This document shows, one piece after another, positions 28,636 to 43,620 of a stretch of DNA of 64,000 nucleotides. The translations under genes and the position numbers were made by a program. Under the pieces are notes generated by a model that saw nothing but the letters and a program-made list of their open reading frames with translations, did no database searches and was not told where the DNA came from. Source of the DNA: the human T2T-CHM13v2.0 reference genome, Homo sapiens; assembly GCF_009914755.1 (NCBI RefSeq), contig NC_060938.1; one strand, written 5' to 3'. Within the stretch, counting starts at the first letter, position 1; each line of letters opens with the position of its first letter.

Positions 28636-30262
28636 TTCCACTCTACAGTCCAGAGAATGAGATTGCTGAAGTCCATTTTAAGATTTTCCCCTTTTTCACT
28701 TGGGTTTCTCTCCTGTATTCTCATCCCCAAGTGTCGAGAACAGATCTTGGCTTTTGGTAATTTCTCTCTTTAATATGCATTACCGTAAGTCTTATAAATA
28801 AAAATAAATGTTCCCTTTTGGGTTTCACACCTGTTCTTGCTTCATGAAATGTAATGTCTCCAGGCAGCTTACATTTAAAAAAAATTCTGAAATTCTGTGT
28901 GTGTTTCACAGTGTGACACTATTTATTTCTCTGAAGTTTTCAAAAAATATTATTCCTGTTTTCCCATGCTTCATATTGGTTGAAAAGAACAGTTTTCTTT
29001 TCATAAGCTGACTACCATACAGCTGCTTTTGATGTGAGATTAGAACATTGCCAAGCCAAATTATTTTGCTTTGAAGTCCTGTAATTGCAGCGTGATTTTG
29101 ACTAGATGTATTTCTTATCTAAACAAATCGACAGTTAATACTTCATTGGGAGCATTCTACTGTTGTGATATGTTTGGAGTAGCACTTTACTTATCAAATT
29201 ATTTATTTATTTTTCAAGTAGAAAGGCATATATTACAGCTTCACTATGTTTTTAAGTTCCCAGGATTTAAGTGGGAGCCCTGAGGTTTTGGTTTTAAATT
29301 TAATTTTAATTTTAAAAAAGAAAATGGTTATACTTATTGCATGGACCAGGCAAAAGGGCACATAGCAAATTATCATAGTCCTGAGGCTGAAAGAGTTTAG
29401 GATTTAGAAACAACCTAGCTGTGGATAACAATTCCAAAGAAAATCCAAGGTGCCTTTTGGAATGTGGCTGTAATTTTTTAATGTGGGCATTTGTTAAGTA
29501 CCTACTGTGTATATCGTCCTGGTTGCTCTGTCTCTGGAGAACATATACCCTAGATCTTCTGGAACAGTCTTAATTTCATTTTTTCATGGCCAGATCACAT
29601 GTCTCAATTTTTGGTCCAGCACATATGGTTCACAACAGGGGAAGCAAAGAGAACAGAAGGTGGAGGACCTGCCTCTCAGTGAGGAGTCATGAGGCCTGTG
29701 TTTCCTTACTCAGACCAACCCCTTGCTCTATCTGGTAAGTGTAGGAAATGGTTCAGAAAGCACACTGGGTTGGGAAAAGATTATGCACATGACAGGATTT
29801 TTAGGGAACCCCACCCCCCAGCACCTCCCACCACCTCCTTCATCTCACCCCACCCCAGAAGAATTTAGTTATCTGCAAAGCTCAATTACAGGCCAAATTA
29901 AACCTCCACTGGCCTTTGGACCTGGAGATTTTTCCAAACAAATTGTGCAGTCAGTGAATCAGCCATCAGGCAATAAAGTGCACACAATAAAATATTTTCA
30001 TTGGTTTTATACACAAGACTGACAGCTCAAACTTGCCTGATTTTATAGCTGATTTAGATTAGGTAGAACAAGAAGTTTAAGGTAGTACATTGAAAGAAAA
30101 TTGCAATCATTTTTTAAAACAATGTACTTTCAACGTTTCTTCACGTTCATACCCTCCAAATAATCCCTATCTCTTTAAAAAAACAAAACAAAACAACTTC
30201 CACCCCCAAATCCCTATAATTGGTTACATACAGCAATAACACTTGCTTTGAATTTATTTTTA

Positions 30263-30342
30263 TCCGGTTGGTGTAAAAGTAATTGTGGTTTTTGCAATTA
30301 CTTTTAATGGCAAAAACCGCAATTACTTTTGCACCAACCGAA
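30263..30342. mobile_element. MADE1 (Hsmar1 mariner-derived 80-bp palindromic MITE)
   Basis: GGTTGGTGTAAAAGTAATTGTGGTTTTTGC...GCAAAAACCGCAATTACTTTTGCACCAACC. 80 bp, flanked by a TA duplication (30261-30262 and 30343-30344). Confidence 0.95.
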
Positions 30343-30699
30343 TACGCTTATTTCTTCTCTGAAGTCTCTAGTGGAGGTGCCAATGAGTTGAACAATAAGG
30401 GAGATTCACTTGCTGGTTTCCTAGGCAAGAATCTGAGAGTGAGGAAGTTAATTGGGCCCCAGTCTCTGCTTTTCCATATATTGTGTATTGAAAGGCAGAC
30501 TACATGTGCCCAGTTGGCTTGAAATGTTCAGAACAAGAAGGTCAGGAACTTCCAGTGTAGAGAGTATCTTCACTTTCCTTTTGAGAGGTTATTGTTCTAT
30601 TTCTTTGCCAAGTTATTTGTCATGGATCTTTCTAGCCCAGACTTGGAGAAACACGGTAGCATCCTTCTCAGAAGGAAATGGGCTCCTTCAGCATGCCGT

Positions 30700-30922
30700 G
30701 GAGGAAAGGGAGTGCGCTAAGGAGCCAGACATTGGTGTCCACATTGTGGCTTTAATACTTTCTTGCTCTACAACTTTGGGTAAGTCCGTTAAACTCTATG
30801 AGCCCCAATTTCCTCATCTGTAAAATGGGCACAATAAAACAGATTTCATGGGCTCACTATATTAAATGAGAGTATGACATATATCAGTGTACCTAGGCAG
30901 CTGCAAAGAAAGTACTCAAAGA
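30700..30922 (+). mobile_element. MIR SINE
   Basis: GGAGCCAGAC...ACTTTGGGTAAGTCCGTTAAACTCTATGAGCCCCAATTTCCTCATCTGTAAAATGGG. Confidence 0.75.
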
Positions 30923-30941
30923 TTATTAATTAATTAATTAA

Positions 30942-31146
30942 TTTTTTTGAGACAGGGTCTCACTCTGTTGCCCAGGCTAGAGTGCACTGGTGTGATCAAG
31001 GCTCACTGAGGTGTTTACCTCCTGGGCTCAAGCGATCCTCCCACCTTACCTCCCGAGTAGCTGGGACCATAGGCACATGGCACCAAGCCTGGCTAATTTT
31101 TTAATTGTTTGTAGAGGCGAGGTTTTGCCATGTTGCCCAGGCTGGT
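30942..31146 (-). mobile_element. 5'-truncated AluJ
   Basis: GAGACAGGGTCTCACTCTGTTGCCCAGGCT...CTGGGCTCAAGCGATCCTCC. Stops at CCCAGGCTGGT. Confidence 0.88.
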
Positions 31147-31959
31147 TATTTTTTCCTTTTATAAACGCATTTAAGCATTTTATATGCTGTGCAGTTGGTA
31201 CAAACTTCTCATTCCCCACGACCCCCACCCTGTTCTCAGCTCATGCCTCTAACTGTGGTGTATTTCAGGAGGTGCTTCTTGCATGGAAAAGCCTGTAAAT
31301 CATCCATTGATTCGTTTACTCATTCACTCAGCATATATACGCAGCAGGCATTAGGAATACAAAACAAATTAGACAGTCTACTCCTGAGGGACTCTTCAGG
31401 GACCCCTCCCCATGTTTATCTAAATTACCCTCTTTTACAAAGGCCTCTTTTATGGTCTCGTATTTCTGGCCTGCCACCTGGAAGCCAGTGCTTGCTTTCA
31501 TTTTGAGTCCATTGGCTAATTGCACTGACCAGAAGACCATTAAAAAAAAACCCCAAAACTCTTAGTTTCTTTTTATTTAAATTAATTTTAATTCACATTA
31601 TTGCTACTTGTCATCTTTAAAGAGAATTATTGCTTGTGGGGATTAAAATGCATACAATCTAGAAACAGACACAAATATGCTCTCACCTGTCTAATATTTA
31701 GTGATGCCCTGTAGTATTTATAGTTGGTATCGCATTGACTAATATGACCTGGCACATAGTAGGCACCTAATATTAATTTGGGTGATTTATAGTTCTCAGA
31801 GGGCAGATAAGACGGCATTTAACTATTCTGCTGCCCTGTAAGTGAATATTTGAATTAAAGGCAATTTGAATGAACGAACTCAAGAGCAGCATCATTTGTA
31901 GCCTCTGGTTGAACTAGATTTTTTTTTTCCAAGTAGGAAGCTCTAGGGTGATTGCTGGG

Positions 31960-32200
31960 AGAGTGTGGAACAGGGTAAAAGCACAGGCTTTGGAGTTAGA
32001 CAAATGCAGTTGCACTCTCAGCTGGGCCACTGATGTGAGTGAACAGATCATTAACTGTTAGCTGTTAGTTTGGGCAGGTCACGAGAGCTCTCTGAGCTTC
32101 TGTTTCCCCACCTGTAACATGGGCATCATAACAGCATGCAGCTCCTGACTTGTGGTGAGGAGAAAAAGAGACACTGAACGTAAAATGCCCAGTCCGTGGG
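31960..32200 (+). mobile_element. MIR SINE
   Basis: GCACAGGCTTTGGAGTTAGAC...TTGGGCAGGTCAC..CTCTCTGAGCTTCTGTTTCCCCACCTGTAA. Confidence 0.7.
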
Positions 32201-33859
32201 AACCGTGGGTAAGGGGGTCTGTTCTCGTTAAGTCAGGTGTGGGGACCCAGGAGGTTGGAATTTGGGGTGAATGGCTTTGCCTTTGGAGATTAACATTCCC
32301 ATTATTATCACATAAATCAAACAGAGAGTCTTTGAGGGTTTATGGCCCTTCCATCATCCTAGGGGGCAGTGCTTCCTCCAGATGTAGTTCTTAACCCACA
32401 GGCCACCTGGAGGGGTTCCCTAGGAGTCATCTATTAACAGGCTCAGGGATGAGGCCAGAAGGGAGGAGGCAGCCATTCCCTGGAGGGGCGGGGGTTGCAA
32501 GTCTGAGGCTGCTCTCTGTCCCTGCACCCCACCCCCATACTTTATTTAGCTTTAGTTCAGGGAAGAGGGCACTCAGGCTCTCAGATGTGGCTGTTTCATC
32601 TCAGCTGGGTCAGAGGTTAATGGAGATAAGTAGTGTCTTCTTACCAGGAGGCCTCAGGAGAGCCCAGTGTGTTGTTGCCGTTGAGTCAGGATCTTAGAGA
32701 TTTAACAGACTGATATTCTCCTACCTTGGGAAGAGAGAGTGAGGCCCTGGGAGAGAAAACTGCAGCTGGGCTAGGCTGGAAGGAGCGGAAGGCTAGAGGA
32801 CCGTGTCAGTCATTGAATGGCTCAGAGTGAGGCAGGACAGATGCCCACAGGGCAGATCAGAATTCTGGGATCTGTATATTTTGCTATACTAAGTTGGCAG
32901 CTTCTACACAGCCCCACTTTGAAATAAAGGCAGGCAGCCTCTCTCCCGTGCCGTGGTACCAGGGTAGACTTCTTCACACAGGCTGCCACTGTGGTAGCTC
33001 ATGGCCTGGCTACTACTGTGACCCATGGGCCTCTTCCCCAGAACCACAGCCTGATGTCTGATTCTGAGCTCCCTCTGGCCAGGATCTGTTCTGAAGCGGG
33101 CAGCATGTCTGCAAAGTGCATGGGATTTAAGACCTGGAACTTCTCTTCTGGGTTGAAGCAATTGCAACAAGTCAATACAGATTACTAAAGAAGGCAAAGT
33201 ATGTATAGGTTAGGAACGTGTTGAAACACCCAGCAAACCCCTCCTCTTCTGAAAAGTCTTCCTTGGTCACCTCACATAGAAATAATAATGTTTCTATATT
33301 CTTAGAGCACTTGGTATCATTTCCTGTCTGTGGCCTTATTGGCTGTCCTGCATGCCAAATTCCCTCTCATCTCTGGCCTAATGTCCTAAAAAAAACCAAA
33401 ACTGCCTCTTTGTCTCCTTCCTCCCTCATTTCCTCCTTCCTTCTTTCCCTCCCTCTCTCTTTCTTCCAACAACATATAGTAGGCAACTATATGCCAGGTA
33501 CTTTCTGGGTGCTGGAAACAACTGTGAACAAAACAGGCACAGTCCTTGCTCCAGTGGAGTTGATATTCTAGTAGGCATATTTACTCACCTATTCCTTTCC
33601 CTGGACCACACTCTTTGGGAAGCAGGAGCCACCTCATCTCTTCTTGTGTCTCTTGTAACCCTTGTAGCTTGTGCCTTGCTGGGGGTTTAAAATGCTTGTT
33701 GAATGAATACATGCTCCTTAGCAGAAGCATATGTAGAGGCCGCCAATTCAGAAGATCCTGGGACAGGAAAGGAATGAAACAGGCTGAGTGTCTGGGATGC
33801 ACAGGGGAATGGTAGTGACATTGACAAACCAGAGAATGTGGGCTCTGGATGACAGCCAC

Positions 33860-34040
33860 TGCTGTCATTTCAGTTGGATGTGGCCATCTGGGAATGTGAG
33901 CCCTGTTTGCCAAAATGTGCTGATTTTGCAAGAGAAGCCAGAAATGAAAATTTTAATGTGAAATCTCATTTTTAAATGTTGGAATTTAGTGCAAAAACCC
34001 AAGAAAATATGTCTGTGGGCCAAATGAAGAGCATGGGCTC
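33860..34040. mobile_element. MER103-like hAT fossil
   Basis: TTGCCAAAAT..GATTTTGCAAGAGAAGCCAGAAAT..AATTTTAATGTGAAATCTC..TTTTTAAATGTTGG. Confidence 0.6.
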
Positions 34041-34242
34041 CCAGAGAGCATTCATGTTGGTAGGTGGGGATTTACCACTTTGGGTGTTTGTGAAGAGTTG
34101 GAATACCATGTCCCAGGCCACCACACTAGAAATCTGTGCTAACTCACAGATTCCTCCTTCTCCCATCCCCTAGTCTGGCTTCCTCTCATTGCAGAGACAG
34201 GCTTGTCGATTGCCTGTCCTTTTAGTTCCTCCTGTATGCACC

Positions 34243-34597
34243 TGTATTAGTCCATTTTCATGCTGCTGATAAAGACATACCCAAGACTGGGCCATTTACA
34301 AAAGAAAGAAGTTTAACTGGACTTACAGTTCCACGTGGCTGGGGAAGCCTCACAATCATGGCAGAAGGCAAGGAGGAGCAAATCACGCCCTACATGGATA
34401 GCAGCAGGGAATGAGCGAGCTTGTGCAGGAAAACTCCCTCTTACAATACCTTCAGATTGCGTGAGACTCATTCACTATCACAAGAACAGCACAGGAAAGA
34501 CCTGCCCCCATGATTCAATTACCTTTCACTGGGTTCCTGCCACAACATGTGGGAATTCAAGGTGAGATTTGGGTGGGGACACAGCCAAACCATATCA
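34243..34597 (-). mobile_element. THE1 solo LTR (THE1A-like, MaLR)
   Basis: TGTATTAGTCCATTTTCATGCTGCTGATAAAGACATACCC...GGGGACACAGCCAAACCATATCA. TSD GCACC/GCGCC. Confidence 0.92.
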
Positions 34598-34888
34598 GCG
34601 CCACTGAACAGTCAGATGTAGCAGTGAGAAAAGGAAATCCCTAGAAAAGTAAAGCAGGGCAGTGATAAGCACTGGGCCTGGCAGTGTTGCACTGTGGCTA
34701 CTGCATTTATCTGGAAGAGAGACAGCCCTGGGTTTGAATCTTGATACCACCAGCTAATGGATATATTACTTCTTTCACTTCTCTGGCCTTGGTTTCCTTG
34801 TCTGTAAAATGATCGTAATATCTGCTTTGCAGGATGGTGATAAGAATTAAATGGTATATGTAGGTTATGAATTATATATAAAAGATTA

Positions 34889-35186
<298 letters not shown>

Positions 35187-35756
35187 TTAAAGATTAAGAC
35201 ATATGTAGTTTCCTTATTTGGTATTCAAGGAAGCTCCAGAGAACTACTTAGCCCCTGAGGATCATGAACTAGACAGAGCTGACGTTGGATTTGTTTTGGG
35301 ATTTGAGGGATGGTAATGGGGTAGTTGGGATTAACAAGGAATTGAGGGTCTTGGGTGGGGGGCAAAATTGGGAGATAAATTACAGCTCACAATTTGGGCT
35401 ACTTTCACACCTAGTGATGCCCTGGAATGTTATCAGCATCTTTATTTTCAATCAGTGATCGGAACATTGCTGAAAAAATGGAGGTATAATACAAAAATGA
35501 TGTTCTTTCTATCTCTTTCAGTTGTGGCCAGCTTACTTTGTGTTTGAGACAGGCTGCATAGCTCATGCAGGATGACAGTTCATGCTGGGGTTTGGTAGTG
35601 GTGTGTTCTGGGAAGTTGGGGGTCTCTTTTGCGTATTTCTGGGGTGTATATTGGAACGTGAGGAGACCACAATTTTGTGTAAGTTGTGGAGCAAAGATTC
35701 AATGCGTGGAAGACATACTAGATGGGTGATACTTCACCACATCTAGACTTATCCTG

Positions 35757-35758
<2 letters not shown>

Positions 35759-35807
<49 letters not shown>
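35759..35807. repeat. (GT)24 perfect microsatellite
   Basis: Direct count of uninterrupted GT units. Confidence 0.98.
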
Positions 35808-35808
<1 letters not shown>

Positions 35809-36084
35809 TTTTCTAAAGATGCTGGTGAACTGAGATACTTCTGAGAGAGCAGATGTGCTATATGGACTAAGGGAATAGAACCTTGATGTCACAGGTATTT
35901 CTCGGAAGCCTGCCACATCATTGCTGTTACGGTTTAGGGTTTCTGTTTCTCTAAGCTCTGACCTAGAGATAAACCTCTCTGAGCTTGTGATAATGAGGAT
36001 TTACCCTACTGGCTTCTAACATGGATACAAAATAGGGAAGGTGAAAAGTGGTACGTGTTTCCCAGAGTGAGGGGTAGGTAATTT

Positions 36085-36265
36085 CTGTCTCAGCACTGAA
36101 GACTTGGAGTCAGAGGCAGAAAGTTCTTCTGCGTTCTGTGAGTCTCTAGGAAGATTACTTGACCTGCTGTGCGCCAGTTTCCTCATCAGTAAACTGGAGA
36201 TGCCCCTACCCATTCTACAGGCTCTGGCAAGCATTGCATTAAATGACAGATGGGAAAGTGCTTTC
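36085..36265 (+). mobile_element. MIR SINE
   Basis: ACTTGGAGTCAGAG...TTACTTGACCT..CAGTTTCCTCATCAGTAAACTGGAGAT. Confidence 0.7.
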
Positions 36266-37364
36266 TAGCTGGTCACCACCTAGAAAGGTGGTCACAGGTG
36301 GTCACCTGTGTCTTGAGAAGACAAAGGCGCTTTGTATGTATTATTCAGGTGTGTATTTAATGCCAAGGCTGATCCCAATAAAGTACAATAACCTAAAAGA
36401 TTGATACTTTCACAGACTGAAGAAAAATTTTCCACTTTAATCCCAAGCCCCAGACCTACCCTCTCCCTTGAAAAAGCTTAGAAATGTTGTCTCTAGAGCT
36501 GGGCACTGAGAAGGACGGAAGATATGCTCAGCTCAGAGGACCTAAATTCTGATTAGCTGCAGAGAAAATGACCAGCTCTGCAGCTTCTGGGGCACATTTG
36601 AGGGGCATCTCTCCAGGAGGACATAGCACCAAGCATCATTTGATTTACTGATCTTCCCGCTTCCACCCCTGCCCAGGGTTCCCATGGCTGCCGTGAACTG
36701 GGAAGTGGAAAGGCAGCAATTGGGCTGTGAGAGCCTCCTGGGTCTCCTACTGCTGACTTCCTCCTATAAATCAGCCACAGACAGCTGCATCCACTCGCAC
36801 CATGGGATAGAAAAATAGACCCTGTTGCTAGACAGCAACACAGGCTCCACAAACACCATGGGGTCAGAGGGCAAGGGGTCTTAAGCCAGGCACTAGCCAA
36901 GCAGGCCCAGCAGCCCCGCAGATCCATTTGTTTATTTTCACAGTGGCATTGCCTGTCTGTACTACACGAAGGAGGGAGACTCCCTTGCCCCTCTGCTCTG
37001 CATGTGTAGGCCACTTGCTGCTCACCACCGGAAAGTCCCGCTGACCTGCTGGCTAGTTTATTTATTTTAGATGCGTGTAGACTGTCTGCTAGGTCTAAGT
37101 TTTGAAGCTGATGGGGAAGTCATCAAGTCTAGTACAGAGTATTTAGCAATTGAATTTTATCTGGTCCATTGAATATCTGATTGAACAAGAAAGGGAAACC
37201 TTGTACTTTGTACTGACGTATTCACAACCTCCCCTCCTTCAGCACCTCCCTCCAGGGCCTTCCTTTCAAATCAGCATCTGACCCACCAAGAGAAATAGGT
37301 TTATGATGGCTGTGAGTTTGAGCTTTCCTTCTTCCTTTGACTTGAATCAATCTCTTTGAAAATA

Positions 37365-38335
37365 ACTTTTCCAACATTTTATCATGACAATTTCAAAACA
37401 CACGTTGAAGCGGAACGATTTTTACAGTGAACCCTGTAAACTCATCTAGATTCTACCATTAACATAATACTATACTTGCTTTGTCACATATCTGTCCATC
37501 AAGTCATCTTATTTTTGACACATTTCAAAGTAATTGTAGACATATGTATGCTTCCCCTAATTACCTCATCAGGTATACCAGTAATTAGAGTTCAATATTT
37601 GTTTGTAGTTTTTTCTTTTGATATAAAACTAACATACAAAAATGCAAATATTTTTGACATGTTCCCCAAGTTTACAAATGCATACATCTGTGTAACCCAA
37701 ACCCCTATCAAGAAATAAAACATTGGCATCACCCAGAAAGTTCCCTCATGTCCCTGCCTAGTGAATATCCATCTCTACTTCCTCAGAAGTAGAGATTATT
37801 TTCCTCATAGGTTAAGTTTGCCTGTCCTAGAGTTTCATATAAATAGGATCACACATTGTGCTCTCTTTGGGTAAGGTCTCTTTCCTTCAGCCTGATGCTT
37901 TTGAGGTTCATCCCTGAAGTTTTGTGTATCAGTAGTTTGTTCCTTCTGAATAGTATTCCACTGTACAGACATTCCACGGTGCATTCATCCATTCTTCCAT
38001 TTCTGGACCTGTACTGTTTCCAGTTGTTGGCTCTTATAAAAAAAAAGTTGCTATGAATATTCTTGTTCAAGTCATGTTGCAGACATACGTTTTCATTTCT
38101 TTTGTATAAATGTCTGGATTTGGAATTGCTAACTTACAGAGTATTATAAAATTAAGTCTACACAGACTTTTTTTGTTAGACTTTTTGTTGCAAAATGATC
38201 TGAACATTTTACATTTCATCAACAAATATATGGGAGTTCTGGTTGTTCCATATCTTTATCAACATTTGGTGTAGTCAGTCTTTTTAGTTTTAGCTATTCT
38301 GGGTGGATGTATAGTGGTATCTCCTTAGGGCTTTA
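37365..38335 (-). mobile_element. Ancient L1M (L1ME-like) 3' region
   Basis: TTTGCCTGTCCTAGAGTTTCATATAAATAGGATCAC...TAGTATTCCACTGT...GCTATGAATATTCTTGT...TTAGCTATTCTGGGTGGATGTATAGTGGTATCTC. Confidence 0.75.
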
Positions 38336-39014
38336 ATAAAGCTTTAACTTTGATAATTGCTTATATATGTTTTCTTTTGTCTTAAATAATATAACATATA
38401 ATATTTCTGACTTGGCTTCAGGCTTTAATTTTCATTTTATAGCAGTAGGTTGGAGACTATGGATACTTACGTTAAATGTTCCTGAGGCTGAGTTAAATAT
38501 ATATTTTTTGAAATTATTATGATCACTGTCAATTATTACTAGGCTAGTATGGGAATTTCTGTTATAACACTTTTTCTGGGGGGAGTATATTTTAGGAAGT
38601 GAGTGAAGGATGTGTTTTCAGGAATAGAGTTTGATAAAAATAGAATCTTGGGGATGTAGTCTTTGAATGAATGAAGCCAGCAAGCATATCAACTTTTAGG
38701 ATTGCTGGCATAGCACGTTTTGTGGCAGCACTTGGAATACCATTGACTTAGCTCTTGGAGATTTCTTTCTATTCTGAAATAGTCATAATAGGACTTTAAT
38801 CCTACTTGCAGGGCTCCTCGGCTTCCCTAGTCCATCCTGATTTCTCTCCTTTCTTGCTGTTATGTGGGCTGCCTCTTAAATAGAACCTTTTCTACCTCTG
38901 TATGCACTGCCTCTGCTCAAATCCCAGTCTTTTGGCTTCAAGTCTCATATCTATGTAAATTTATCGCTGCAGCTTTGCCCTTTCTTCTGAAAGGAGAAAT
39001 ACCTCATCACCTCA

Positions 39015-39750
39015 TCAGAGTGATCTTCTAAAAGCACAAGTCTGTTTATGATTGTTTTATAATCCCCCTCACCTATAAGAGAAAGCTCATAGTAGCCAAC
39101 GACGTTTTTGGATTCCACTCCGAGCCCAGTTCTGTCCTAACCACTTTTTAAATATTGTCTCATTTAATTTCTGCAGCAATATCTATGAGGTAGGTTGTAG
39201 CTTTAGACTCGTGTTTAAATGAGGAAACTGAGCCTCAGAGAGGTTTAATTCACCTACGGTCACATAAGTGGTAAACTGTGAAATCAGTATTCAAACCCAG
39301 GAAGTCTGACAGCAGTATCCACACTTTTAGGTTGTATATTGTTCCTTAGTAACATACCTCCATCCTGTTTTCCCAACTTCAATCCCGACACTTTCTATCT
39401 CCCCCTTACCTCACTCTGGGCTTTAGTCACAGATTTACTGTAACTTGAAACAAGCCAGGCTCTTTCCTACCTTCTTGGCTTGACAAATGCTGCTGCATCT
39501 GTCGGAACACTTGGCCTACTCTCCACCTTTCCCATCATTTGGACTCATCCCTCCAGAAAGAGTCCAAGCCTCACTGCTCCTGGGGAGGCATCTAAGTCAA
39601 ATGCTGTTCCTTGCTTCTTCGGTTTTTCTACAGCATGTGTTGTTCTGGTGTTTTGGCCTGCAAGTTACATGAGGCGGGACCTTGTTTTATTCATTTTGTA
39701 CTCTAGAAGTTAGCCAGCACCTAGAAAATCACAGTTACTCCATCTGTTAG
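39015..39750 (+). mobile_element. L2 3' region interrupted by an antisense MIR (about 39095-39330)
   Basis: CAGAGTGATCTTCTAAAAGCACAAGTCTG and GAGGCGGGACCTTGTTTTATTCA (L2). ATGAGGAAACTGAGCCTCAGAGAGGTT..GGTCACATAAG (MIR). Confidence 0.6.
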
Positions 39751-40267
39751 GTAGGGTTCCCTGGGAACCAGACATTGAGAAGTGTTTGGGAACAGTACCC
39801 GGGAGGAAGTGAGGTTAGAACTACATGGAGGGACAAGTGGAGCTGAAGTACAGTCACCCCAGGAGCCTCTGCGGATCCATGAGGAGCTCTGGAGGTGGGA
39901 GGGACTGTCCTTTGGACTTGTTCCTCATTGAGGCGAGGTGTCAGGCCTTTATGGTCCAGCACCTACCAGTCATTAGATGTGGGATGCTCCAGGGGAGGGC
40001 CATAATCTTACGTGGCACTAGAGCAATTCTGGGAGAAGAATTCAGCTTTGAGCCTGCAGCACGCAAAGCCCTTTGGACAGCTCAGGAGTGAGTGCCTCGG
40101 TTCTGAAGGGAAACTGGGTAGCACACCACTCACTGCATGTACTACCCTCAGCAGATATGGATTGAAGGAATGAATCCAGGAAGGGAGCCTGTCTGAAGCA
40201 ATTGCATTAAATATAGTGTTTAGTGTTTGCTGCATATATATGGTGGTCTTTAAAAATATAGAGGAAA

Positions 40268-40618
<351 letters not shown>

Positions 40619-41694
40619 TTAACTGACCACATCTGTGTTCAGAAAATAGCTATTTGTTTGATCTTACCAGAATAGAAAAGTTCCTCATATAACTGAACGT
40701 TGCATATAAATACATTTGACATTCTTGGAGGAGGGAGGTGTATGTCTCTAAACTAAAAAAGGCTTTCGTTTTGATTTGTAGTCTGATAAGCATGCTATGT
40801 GAAAATGAGTGTATGCTAAGCATGTTTAATAGTCATTGCTAGATCCTGAGACCATGAATGTAATGTTAGTGCATCCCTTTTCTTTTCTAACTGAGGTCAC
40901 TTAGGATTAAATGGGCCTGTTCCGGCTTTGTCTGCAGACTTCCTTTGCCAAGTAGATCCAGTGCCATAAGGCCCCAGTGTGCTAGTTAGGTTCAGCTTTA
41001 CGCCATAGAGTTTGTAAGGCAGCCGTGTCCCCCTCCCTATTTCTGTTGTTTTGTTGATTTAATCCTAGGATGTGGTTTGGTTGGTTTATAGCTTTTTAAA
41101 GGTATATTGAATTTGCCTCCTGGTTCATCTCTCCCAGAACGAGGCAGAAGTAGCCTTTTGGGTTAAGACTCTGGCCCCGGAAGCCAAGGAACCTTTGACC
41201 CCTAGTCAACCTGTGGAATCTGAGCTACCTCTAGAGAGACTCACAATGACTGAGCCGGTTAATGGACTTTGTGGAGTACCTCAAATTGTGGTCATTTAGG
41301 GCATTATTATGAAATTGTTTATCGGTCTGTATAAACACACACACCACTTATCACTATAATGTAACAATTGCTTTCCAGGCTGCCAGCTGGAGGTAATATC
41401 GGTTCTCCAAAATAGTCACAAAATAGTCTTTTTCATGCGGCTGTCTTCACAAAGAACTGCAGAAACCTCAGCCTTCTTTAAATGATTCCTTTGGGTTCAA
41501 GGCAGGGGAAGTTTGGGAGAGCGGTGATGGTATCTTGCAAACTGATGTCTTTCTTCACATTTTACATAGTGACCTGACCATTGAAGATGCCATTGATAGA
41601 ACATCCACCCACGATAGCACAATGGGTGTTCTTATTTGTCTTTTTCATCTTGGGGGAGGGGAGTTCTTAATATTTCATACCAATGGCCTCATTC

Positions 41695-43620
<1,926 letters not shown>

